From a virus, in the UHGV virus genome UHGV-0435673: 40,745 bases of DNA. One strand, written 5' to 3'. This document shows, piece by piece, positions 26,861 through 34,565 of this stretch. Below the pieces are notes generated by a model. The model saw only the letters and a list, made by a program, of their open reading frames with translations, made no database searches and had not been told where the DNA came from. Position numbers and translations under genes: made by a program. The stretch's first letter is position 1. Every line of letters begins with the position of its first letter.

Positions 26861-27586
26861 CTATGCGATGACGTTCAAGCCGGGGACGTTCTCTTCCATG
26901 AACGCCTTGATGTTCTTCATGGCCTCGCCCTTCCATGCGCCGCCGTCAGCTTCAACAAGGGCAAACTTCACGCCGTCATTGTCTTTGCAACGGAACACGA
27001 AAGAGCTTTCAGGCTGTTCGACTTCGGTAAAGGTACGATAGGGGCGCAATCTGACGGGGTTGGGAAGAATATCGACTCCCTTCCCGGCAATGCCCTTCTT
27101 GACGGTGACGGCCTGCGTAACGCCGTCATCTTCGGTGTTGGCTTCAACGGTGGTGGTCACGTTCGAGGCGTACTTGATGACCAGTCCACGATCAGTGGCC
27201 TTCATCGGGTCTTCCGGTTCGACAAAGCAGGATTGCAACAAGATGTTGAACGCCTCGCCGCCCATAAAGCAGTTCAGGTTGAGTTGAAGCTGTTCCAGTT
27301 TTGCCCGGACGAACGCCTTGCGCTGGTTGAATCCGTTGCCGGAGAGGTTCGAAAGAATGGCGACGGATTCGGGGCTTTCGACATGGCACAGGAGCGTGCC
27401 GAGGTTGAGTCCGTCCACATTGGACTTGAGGTAATCGACCAGCGCCGTGAGCGTGGTCACGTTGAGGCAGGAAGGTTGTTCCTCAAGAACGGGGTAAACT
27501 TTCCCGGTGGTGTAGGTCAGTTCGTCAAGAACGATTTGTTCAGGCTTGGCATCACGGCGGATGGCTTCATAGAGGGCTTTAAGCAT
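26861..27586 (-). CDS. DUF2303/YfdQ-like protein
   Basis: 241 aa. Resembles the YfdQ-type prophage proteins that accompany recombination modules. Confidence 0.45.
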   Translation of the reverse strand: MLKALYEAIRRDAKPEQIVLDELTYTTGKVYPVLEEQPSCLNVTTLTALVDYLKSNVDGLNLGTLLCHVESPESVAILSNLSGNGFNQRKAFVRAKLEQLQLNLNCFMGGEAFNILLQSCFVEPEDPMKATDRGLVIKYASNVTTTVEANTEDDGVTQAVTVKKGIAGKGVDILPNPVRLRPYRTFTEVEQPESSFVFRCKDNDGVKFALVEADGGAWKGEAMKNIKAFMEENVPGLNVIA

Positions 27587-27953
27587 TGGCTACTCCTTTG
27601 TTCAGCTTAAGGATTTTCCCCCCGGTTTCCATTGTTCCGGGGAAGGTGTGCTGTTCCGGGTTTTCCCCGGATACCATTTCCGACGCGCCGATTTCTCCGG
27701 TGCGCGGGTCGGCGCCGATGTAAATGCTGGTTTCCAGCGGTTGGGGGGATTGCAGGGAACAGGAAGTCGTCACGAGGACTTCCGCCATGTTCCGGTGTTC
27801 GTTGGGCTTGATGATCATTTCAAGCTTGACCTTGCGAGGCTTCTTGGCAGGGGTGTTCGGGTCAACGATGTTGGCAATGGCCTTTTCTAATTCTCCGTGA
27901 AAACGCTCCACGGCTCCGCCGCCATACAGACTTTCAACAGTGAGCTTGATCAT
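27579..27953 (-). CDS. Hypothetical 124-aa protein
   Basis: Overlapping ORF upstream of DUF2303. Confidence 0.35.
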   Translation of the reverse strand: MIKLTVESLYGGGAVERFHGELEKAIANIVDPNTPAKKPRKVKLEMIIKPNEHRNMAEVLVTTSCSLQSPQPLETSIYIGADPRTGEIGASEMVSGENPEQHTFPGTMETGGKILKLNKGVANA

Positions 27954-28007
27954 AAAGGTTCTCCTTTAGGTAAAAGAAAGGCCCGGTGGTGAGCCGGGCC
28001 GGGGTGG

Positions 28008-28940
28008 TTATTCTGCCCACGCCGGGCATTGGGCGTGCTGGTCACATTCGGAACACTTCAAGTCGTTCACCTGCTTTTCAGTTTTCGGACAGGTGATCAT
28101 ATTGACGGGTTGCGCTTCCGGCGTGCTTCCCGTGAGTGCCGCGTTTAGGCCATCTGTCGGCGTCAATTCAGGAAGAACAAGTTGGGATTCCCCGCGTTCT
28201 GACTTGTCGTCGAGGTCAACGGCCATTGCCAGCATTTCCGTCTGAGGAAGCCAAGCGGCAAGACGTTTGATGGCTGTCTTCATCCACATGGCTTCTGGAG
28301 AAGAAATCCACGGGCTGTCCTTTCCATACTTTTTGTTCGCGGCGAGACTGGCGCTAGTCTTTTGTGCGCGCTCGATGTCCTTTTTATCAACAAGTCGAAG
28401 CATCCCCTCACCGCCGCCCTTGAGCGTACATGCTGCATAGGCCGCAATAAGTTCTCCCTCGCGGGCTTCTGGATGCAGTAGATCGACTTTGTGGGTAATG
28501 GTTGGTGTGATCCCTTTACGGTATTCGAACATACCGTTTTCAACCTCAGCCCTGTATACAACATCGGCATTGAATGATGAGACAATGCCAGAACGATATA
28601 CGAGCTGTAGAAACCCTTTGTATCCAATTTGAAATTGGCATTCATCCTTATAGGGAATAAGATATGCCAATTCCTGCGGCGTATTGGGCTCAAGGTTGAG
28701 CTGTGCACAGTTCATAAGAGCCGCTGCAAAGCTTTCTTGCGAGCACTTCATGAGTTTTGGATTTTTACGGACAGCGGTCAGACAGATACGTGCAAAACGT
28801 TCTGCCTTGATTTTCCGCTCCCTTTCCGATGTGCCATTCATCACCAAAGCAATGGCGGGCATCTGCGATTTGATAAGGTCTGTGATATTGTTCTGCTGTA
28901 CAAGTTGACTCATGCGGCGAATCTCCTCTTGTAAGCCCAT
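28008..28940 (-). CDS. recT: RecT-family single-strand annealing protein with a C-terminal Cys-rich extension
   Basis: Core resembles RecT (…GYKGFLQLVYRSG…AAYAACTLKGGGEGMLRLVDKKDIERAQ…). C-terminal tail CPKTEKQVNDLKCSECDQHAQCPAW. Confidence 0.7.
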   Translation of the reverse strand: MGLQEEIRRMSQLVQQNNITDLIKSQMPAIALVMNGTSERERKIKAERFARICLTAVRKNPKLMKCSQESFAAALMNCAQLNLEPNTPQELAYLIPYKDECQFQIGYKGFLQLVYRSGIVSSFNADVVYRAEVENGMFEYRKGITPTITHKVDLLHPEAREGELIAAYAACTLKGGGEGMLRLVDKKDIERAQKTSASLAANKKYGKDSPWISSPEAMWMKTAIKRLAAWLPQTEMLAMAVDLDDKSERGESQLVLPELTPTDGLNAALTGSTPEAQPVNMITCPKTEKQVNDLKCSECDQHAQCPAWAE

Positions 28941-29740
28941 TCGGGCAGGTCAAGATCGATGATTTCAGAAACGTATCCGGGCCAGAGGCCGGACTTGGTG
29001 CAGGATGCGTATGTGCTGAGTGCGTCCTTGATTTCTTCAAGTCCGACTTGCTGCGCGTCCTCGCTGACGTTGGCGGCGGTGACAAGGTGGGGGGCGGTCT
29101 TCTCGACGGCGACGAGCACGAACACGCTGGAGTCCATGCCCACGGCCCGGAGTGCGCGGCGGTACCATACTGCCTGTCTGTGATATCCCCACTTGAGTAC
29201 AGAGCGGGCCAACCCTTCCGGGCTGGCGTCGTCCGTGCTTTTAAGGTCAACGGCGACGAGCCCGAACCCCGGCACGGTGGCAAGCATGTCCAGCCGGGCC
29301 TTGCATGGAATTTCGAGCCCGTCCACGGTTTCGCTCCAGTATATAGAGACTTCCGTCCGCTTATCCTTTGCAGTCATCAACTTGCCGATCAAAGGATGAA
29401 TCAGAACGGATTCCGCCATTGCCGAAGCTGCATTGTGTATTTTGGCTGGCACCAGTTCCAGCCCTGCGGCCTTGGCGGTCGCGGTTTCTTCCTTGCCCGC
29501 CTTGGTTGAGCCGTTGAATTGCTTTACGGCGTACCGTTTGCCGAATTCTCCGGGTTCGAGTGCAAGGCAGTGGAAAACAGAACCGAAAAGGAATGCTTCC
29601 GTTTCCTCTTCTGTAACGCCGTCCATCCAAGCTTTGAATTTGGCGGGGGCCTGCCTGAGCTTGTCCATACCGCTTTTGCTTATGGCGCGGGTGGCGTGGT
29701 AGACTTCTGGCGGTTCATTGAGCCGCATTTCCGGTTTCAT
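28910..29740 (-). CDS. PD-(D/E)XK recombination exonuclease (YqaJ/lambda-Exo-like)
   Basis: Motifs FGSVFH...VAVDLKST...WGYHRQAVWY match PD-(D/E)XK. Overlaps recT (RecET-like pair). Confidence 0.6.
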   Translation of the reverse strand: MKPEMRLNEPPEVYHATRAISKSGMDKLRQAPAKFKAWMDGVTEEETEAFLFGSVFHCLALEPGEFGKRYAVKQFNGSTKAGKEETATAKAAGLELVPAKIHNAASAMAESVLIHPLIGKLMTAKDKRTEVSIYWSETVDGLEIPCKARLDMLATVPGFGLVAVDLKSTDDASPEGLARSVLKWGYHRQAVWYRRALRAVGMDSSVFVLVAVEKTAPHLVTAANVSEDAQQVGLEEIKDALSTYASCTKSGLWPGYVSEIIDLDLPEWAYKRRFAA

Positions 29741-29967
29741 CGCATGGCCTCCATCCCGTACAAGATCTGTGGAAGAATGCAGATACCGAGCATGACAGCC
29801 ATAAAGATGATGACCGCAGCAACTCTAGCCCGGTCAACCTTTTTAGGCCGTTCCAAAGATACCTTGGCGTGCTTCATGTAGACGTTGGAAATCATGCCGC
29901 TGCCCTCCGTGCCATGATTTTGAGGTAGTTGGCCTTTGCCAGAAACGACCGTGCGGCGTTCTCGCAC
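29737..29967 (-). CDS. Small membrane protein
   Basis: AAVIIFMAVMLGICILPQIL TM segment. Confidence 0.3.
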   Translation of the reverse strand: MRERRTVVSGKGQLPQNHGTEGSGMISNVYMKHAKVSLERPKKVDRARVAAVIIFMAVMLGICILPQILYGMEAMR

Positions 29968-30098
29968 GCCGTGACCAGCGTCTCGGCGGTGTAGTATTCC
30001 GCGCAGGACGAGCAGATCCAGAAGTCGCGGTGCCTCCTGAGCCTCACGGCCTTGTCGTACTTGAGCTTGCAGTGCGGGCAGAAAATGGTGCCGTTCAT
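29892..30098 (-). CDS. Small Zn-ribbon protein (CPHC...CSSC)
   Basis: Start at the internal MNGTIFCPHCK, coupled to the upstream stop. Confidence 0.3.
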   Translation of the reverse strand: MNGTIFCPHCKLKYDKAVRLRRHRDFWICSSCAEYYTAETLVTACENAARSFLAKANYLKIMARRAAA

Positions 30099-30361
30099 GC
30101 CGCGTTCCTCCTCTTTTCCAACTTGTCCCGATACAGCGCGTACCTGTCGTGAAGTTCTGCGCTTACCCATCCCTCGCAGTGGGTGATCTTCTTCGGGTCG
30201 ATGGCAACCTCGGCATCGGCAAGCATGATGCCGAACCGTTCCTTGATGGCCTTCACCATGTCCGAAGAGATATTGCACAGCTGGTCGCTCTCGAAGTAGC
30301 GGGCGCAGGTTGCGCATACGTGGGGCTCATCTTCCGGTTCATATTCGTAGGGGTTACGCAT
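30095..30361 (-). CDS. Hypothetical 88-aa protein, first gene of the leftward early operon
   Basis: Acidic N-terminus, CATC...C..HC motif. Confidence 0.35.
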   Translation of the reverse strand: MRNPYEYEPEDEPHVCATCARYFESDQLCNISSDMVKAIKERFGIMLADAEVAIDPKKITHCEGWVSAELHDRYALYRDKLEKRRNAA

Positions 30362-30408
30362 GGCTGTATCCTCTTGGTTAAAGTTCGTTCCGGGGTCCCA
30401 GAACCAAT

Positions 30409-30434
30409 GAAAAAGCCCGGCGTAGTTCCGGGCT
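30409..30434 (-). terminator. Minus-strand intrinsic terminator between the PL leader and the first early-left gene
   Basis: + strand AAAAAGCCCGG-cgtagtt-CCGGGCT. The - strand reads stem then UUUUU. Confidence 0.4.
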
Positions 30435-30639
30435 TCGATGATTCAAGGCAAGCACCCGACGGGGCCAATCCCCGCCGGGGCGCGCTCCCATGCGGCACAT
30501 CTCAACGCATGGTTCGGCGCAACGCGCATTGTCGCTGCGCCTCTCATGCGGGGCGGTGAATTGTCAGAAAGTCAACTGACCGCCCGGATGTAGAAATTCG
30601 TATTTCATCGTTTCACGGCCCGATCTTTGTGTCGTAACC

Positions 30640-30900
30640 GTGGGCCCTGTTGGTCGGCTCGGCCCCCGTCGCTTCGGTGCGCTTTGCGCTTCGGCCTTCT
30701 TTTCAGCCGTTTTTCCGTCCCGCCGTCCCTGCGCGGCCTGTCTTCACATCACCAGTCTCACGGGCCTCTTTCGAGCTTTCCGGGCGGCCTCTTGCTCCGC
30801 CCACCGTATCCGCTACGGCCTTCATGCCGCCCAAAACGGCTTCCTTCTCACGGGGCATTCTGGCTACTTTCCGGCTAGGTGCCTGGCGTGTTCGCCTTCC
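30640..30900 (-). other. A-depleted noncoding tract (+ strand lacks A, so the leftward transcript is U-poor). Candidate structured leader or ncRNA.
   Basis: All three + frames are open here only because stop codons need A. No credible protein. Lies between OL/PL and the terminator at 30409-30434. Confidence 0.35.
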
Positions 30901-30914
30901 CCGTTCGTTGTGAA

Positions 30915-30975
30915 GACAATATATACGTATGCGAATTTTACGTCAATAAAAATTTCATATATGTATATATTGAAT
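30915..30975 (-). promoter_or_regulatory. OL/PL-like operator-promoter
   Basis: ATACGTAT (30923-30930) and TATATGTATATA (30958-30969) are identical to motifs at OR. - strand TTGACG-16 nt-ATATAT promoter-like hexamers overlap them. Confidence 0.45.
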
Positions 30976-31022
30976 CAAAAAATACCGCCGACACCACGAA
31001 GGCTCGGCGGTCACGCCCCATA

Positions 31023-31055
31023 GGGCACAAAAAAGCCCCTCACGAGGAGGGGCAA
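31023..31055 (-). terminator. Minus-strand terminator after the AT-rich moron
   Basis: - strand GCCCCTCCTCGTGAGGGGC followed by TTTTTTG. Confidence 0.45.
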
Positions 31056-31067
31056 AGGGAGGCTCCG

Positions 31068-31268
31068 TTAAGGTACTAATGGATTAATATTCATATTAGA
31101 TAGTTCGGTGATATTTTTATTTGTAAAATCAACTTGTTGAATAGGGTTTGTCTTGATGCCCATATTTTTTAAAATTAACATCATTTCATGATGATGTTTC
31201 AATGCTGGATTGTTTTCTATATTTTTAAGTAATAATGACATTTTATAATGCTTTTTGTCGATTTTCAT
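31068..31268 (-). CDS. 66-aa AT-rich small protein, partner of the Clp-fold protease
   Basis: Start codon overlaps the protease stop (ATG at 31268). K/N/I-rich. Confidence 0.4.
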   Translation of the reverse strand: MKIDKKHYKMSLLLKNIENNPALKHHHEMMLILKNMGIKTNPIQQVDFTNKNITELSNMNINPLVP

Positions 31269-32149
31269 TAGAGTAAACTCCCATTAGTCATTTCTCTAGT
31301 ATGTAAAAATAATTGATAGTTATATTTTGATGAAAAGTCAATCGCAAGTCTATTATATTCTTTTACTAATCTATATAATTTAAGGTCGTCTGAATAATCT
31401 TCAATCTTTAGCTTTAGATCGTCTTGAAGAGTTTTTATTCCTATATGTCTTCCATGTATATGCCAATGAGCATTATCACCTAATATTCTAGCTATTTCTT
31501 CAGCTCTATGCTCTTTTTCTTTAAGTGTGACTTCGGTATCTGTTTTACTATGAATTGTCCAGTCTTTAAATTTATAATTTACGAGCCATTTTTTTAATAG
31601 CGTTACGGTTATATTTCGTGCTTGTTGATAAAAATTTAAATCAGCAAGATTTAAATTTAAAGCCATTTGTAACTCTACTGGACTTATGGGGTTATTAGAA
31701 TCTTTATTTAATGATTTTTTACATATTGCATCAAATTGATCTAAATACCCTTGTGCAGGAACCCATTGTCCATTAGACAATACTTGAGGATCTATAGGGC
31801 CTAATGATGAGGCAAAATTCATATATATTTTGTCGCCAGACATGCAAAGAATAGTACCCGCTGAGTATGCATATTCATGTACAATGAAATATACTTCATC
31901 ATAGAACCTACGCATCACCTCAACCATTATCTCAGCCATTTCTACACTGCCGCCATTTGTTGTTAAATTGACAGCAAGAGATTTATGTTTTTTCTTTCTA
32001 GCTAATTTTTCAAATTCAGTGGTAAAGAATGTTCTGTGGTTAGGGTGAATACCACCATAAAACAAAAAAACATCAGACTGGAGATGTTCTTCTAGTTTAA
32101 TACAATAATTATTCAAAGCTTCATATGCAACTTTATCAACTGGACCCAT
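31268..32149 (-). CDS. Clp-fold serine protease of the S49/SDH (SppA-like) type with a 110-aa C-terminal extension
   Basis: LFYGGIHPN...LTTNGGSVEMAEIMVEVM and HEYAYSAGTILCMSGDKIYMNFASSLGPIDPQ fit the ClpP/SppA fold. Very AT-rich versus the flanks. Confidence 0.6.
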   Translation of the reverse strand: MGPVDKVAYEALNNYCIKLEEHLQSDVFLFYGGIHPNHRTFFTTEFEKLARKKKHKSLAVNLTTNGGSVEMAEIMVEVMRRFYDEVYFIVHEYAYSAGTILCMSGDKIYMNFASSLGPIDPQVLSNGQWVPAQGYLDQFDAICKKSLNKDSNNPISPVELQMALNLNLADLNFYQQARNITVTLLKKWLVNYKFKDWTIHSKTDTEVTLKEKEHRAEEIARILGDNAHWHIHGRHIGIKTLQDDLKLKIEDYSDDLKLYRLVKEYNRLAIDFSSKYNYQLFLHTREMTNGSLL

Positions 32150-32221
32150 TGCATCTCCCTCCTCCCCGCTCCGGCGGGGATTTTCATTTACAGCTCACGT
32201 CACGCCACGCCCACACGGTAA

Positions 32222-32875
32222 CTAAACAAGCTGCCAAGTCCAAACGACTTTCCCAATAATGATGTTGTCGTATCCCTCATTAGAAACTTTCTGTGGTTTC
32301 CATCTGGGATTGTCTGAATGGAGGATAATATTACCATCCTCATCTTGCATAACTCTTTTAACAACCAAACCAAATGGGGGACGCTGTACAAGGTAAATGC
32401 CGCCGTCCTCTAGTTCGTCGTCAAGAGGGATAACACCTACATAAGCCCCTTTTAAGATTGTAGGTTCCATACTGTCGCCAGTAACTTTAACGGCACGAAC
32501 ATCGGGAAGATTATACTGAGGGAGAACAGGGATCATATTTTCTGGAGCGGTAGAAAAAAATTCAGCTGGTAGTCCGGCACCTGCTTCTTCAAAGACAGGT
32601 ATCTCATGTAAGTTGTCCCCTGTTACGTTTTCAGTAGGAGAGTGACAGGCCATACGACGCATTACAGGATACCTTTCTTCATCCGGGAAAATCACCAATG
32701 CCCCCATAGCTGACAATATTTTTGATACCTTATCGAGCCCAAGTTGCTGGGCTTTGACCCCTAAAGCACGCGACAAGTTCGCCTGACTGACGCCACATTT
32801 TTGAGCAAATGCAGCTATCTGGCGTTGATCTGAAATGTCCCTCAACCGAGCCATGAGTTTTTCTTCTAGTTCCAT
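32222..32875 (-). CDS. CI-like repressor (HTH plus S24 LexA-like autopeptidase)
   Basis: HTH IAAFAQKCGVSQANLSRALG. C-terminal VTGDSMEPTILKGAYVGV...GGIYLV...VKRV with Ser/Lys dyad context. Alternative start at 32938. Confidence 0.7.
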   Translation of the reverse strand: MELEEKLMARLRDISDQRQIAAFAQKCGVSQANLSRALGVKAQQLGLDKVSKILSAMGALVIFPDEERYPVMRRMACHSPTENVTGDNLHEIPVFEEAGAGLPAEFFSTAPENMIPVLPQYNLPDVRAVKVTGDSMEPTILKGAYVGVIPLDDELEDGGIYLVQRPPFGLVVKRVMQDEDGNIILHSDNPRWKPQKVSNEGYDNIIIGKVVWTWQLV

Positions 32876-32967
32876 ACGTTCCTGCATACGATACTGAGGA
32901 CAAAAAGTCATCTTTCGTAAATGTAATTTTACTTGCATATAGATACGTATATGTATATACTTACGCC
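32876..32967. promoter_or_regulatory. OR-like divergent operator-promoter between cI and cro
   Basis: ATACGTAT (32943-32950), TATATGTATATA (32948-32959), variant ATACGATA (32886-32893). TTGCAT-17 nt-TATACT hexamers end 5 nt before the cro ATG. Confidence 0.45.
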
Positions 32968-33207
32968 ATGAACACCGAACTTTTCAGAACTCACTTGCGC
33001 GAAAGAATGCAGATTACCCGGGCAACCCAGATAGAAGTCGAAGAAAAGACTGGAGTTTCTCAGGCGTCGATTTCGCGTTTTTTGTCAGGGGCAAGGATTA
33101 ATTCTGACAACTTGTTCAAGTTATGGGAGTTCATTTACGAGGGGCAATTTCCAGCCGCTCCCAGCACTCCCACCGAACCCGAAGAGGTGAGTCATGGACT
33201 GGCCTGA
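32968..33207 (+). CDS. Cro-like HTH regulator
   Basis: Divergent from cI. HTH ATQIEVEEKTGVSQASISRFLSG. Confidence 0.55.
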   Translation: MNTELFRTHLRERMQITRATQIEVEEKTGVSQASISRFLSGARINSDNLFKLWEFIYEGQFPAAPSTPTEPEEVSHGLA

Positions 33208-33465
33208 TATCGCCGCGAAGGTGGCCTTCTTCGCCCTCATGGGGTTTATTTTCTGGCTTGATCGTGACTAACCCCGCCGCGCACCGCCGGGCCACAGCCT
33301 CGGGCGTCGGGTACTCCGCGACGCGGTACGCCCTCCAGCGTATCCGGGGATCCCTATGGATCAGGATGCGGACACGCCAGACGGCACGGTGGCGAGTGAT
33401 GAGCAGGTGAACGAAAGATTCCATGCCCCCATTAGAGCATGGGTATACACCAAGGAAAATGATCG

Positions 33466-33909
33466 ATGAATACCCAAGATTATAACACGTTGACGGAAGT
33501 TATCGAGGCCATGATCGATGAAGGCAAAAAGCCGATCAAGGCCATCGCCGCCGAGATCGGCAAGCCGTATCCGACTCTCAAGCGTGAGCTGAACCCGGCT
33601 GACGACGGCGCGAAGCTCGGAGCGGACGCACTACTCGGCATTATGGCCTCCTGTGGCTCAATCGCGCCCTTGGAATGGCTGGCGGACAGGCTCGGTTATG
33701 TCGTGAAGCCCAAGGAATGGGCAGAGCCAGACAAGAAAACATGGCCAGAAGAATGCGTTGATGACGCCGTGTGTGGCGGAAAGATGAATATGCTTATGCG
33801 GGAAAAAGCGCATCCGTCCATCGTCTCCAAGGCTGCGGAAGAACGGAAGGACGAGATAGACCAGACGAACACTCGGTATAGGCGAGATTACAACCAAGCG
33901 AGGCAGTAA
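33466..33909 (+). CDS. Putative early regulatory protein (CII position)
   Basis: 147 aa. RBS AAGGAAAA. Second gene of the rightward operon. Confidence 0.3.
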   Translation: MNTQDYNTLTEVIEAMIDEGKKPIKAIAAEIGKPYPTLKRELNPADDGAKLGADALLGIMASCGSIAPLEWLADRLGYVVKPKEWAEPDKKTWPEECVDDAVCGGKMNMLMREKAHPSIVSKAAEERKDEIDQTNTRYRRDYNQARQ

Positions 33910-33910
33910 A

Positions 33911-34309
33911 ATGCCGATCCTGATTTGCCAACAGTGCGGTCGGATGTTTGAAGTGAAACGGTACTTTGCCGAAACCGCAAAGTACTGCTCAAAAGAGTGC
34001 AAGGATAAGGCCGCACAGACGCGAGGGCCTCAAAAGTGCAAGTGCTGCGGAAAAGAATTTCCAGCGAAAGGGAATGCAGCTTTTTGCGACAAAGTTTGTG
34101 GGTATGCTTTCAGAGCCGGGGTGAGCCGCGAAGAATGGCTTGAAGCTCATCCACAGAGCAATCAGTCAACACTTTTCAAGCGTAAGTGCCATGACTGCGG
34201 GAAGCCCACAAACAATTACAGGTGTTCAGCTTGTTGGGAAAAGCTCCGCAGCGAATCTGAAACGGGTGGTATCCCGGAATACCAGGTTATGGGGCAGGCA
34301 TGGGTGTAG
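33911..34309 (+). CDS. Multi-CxxC Zn-finger protein
   Basis: CQQCG...CSKEC...CKCCG...CDKVCG...CHDCG...CSAC, six CxxC-like pairs. Confidence 0.35.
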   Translation: MPILICQQCGRMFEVKRYFAETAKYCSKECKDKAAQTRGPQKCKCCGKEFPAKGNAAFCDKVCGYAFRAGVSREEWLEAHPQSNQSTLFKRKCHDCGKPTNNYRCSACWEKLRSESETGGIPEYQVMGQAWV

Positions 34310-34500
34310 GCCCGTGCCGCTTGGGTCGGCTTCACCGTGATGGGCGGCGCGTCCTGTGTTTTGCGGACTGGTCGAAAGAGTACGGAGTCCCGGCGTGGAC
34401 GTCCCGAAACGGGTTCGTCAAAGACGTGAACTTCTGCCGCCTGTACTGCGAGAAGAGGCCGGATATGTTTGAAGTAGAACTTAAAGGTTCTAAGGCATAG
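34300..34500 (+). CDS. Hypothetical 66-aa protein
   Basis: Small coupled ORF. A weak hairpin follows (34517-34541). Confidence 0.25.
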   Translation: MGVGPCRLGRLHRDGRRVLCFADWSKEYGVPAWTSRNGFVKDVNFCRLYCEKRPDMFEVELKGSKA

Positions 34501-34565
34501 GCAAAAGAAAAGGCCCCCTGCGGGAACAGGGGGCAAAACACCAAAACAATCTCTATGGAAACATT

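Noticed and set aside
26816-27610. Plus-strand 264-aa ORF opposite the DUF2303 gene
   Set aside because: The antisense partner (26861..27586, -) has a recognisable conserved-family sequence and operon context. The + ORF is G/A/R-rich noise.
30627-31023. Three overlapping + strand ORFs (30627..30878, 30640..31023, 30650..30913) in all three frames
   Set aside because: This is an artefact of the A-depleted tract, since stop codons require A. The proteins are Pro/Arg/Ser-rich nonsense. The region is better explained as a noncoding leader (see findings).
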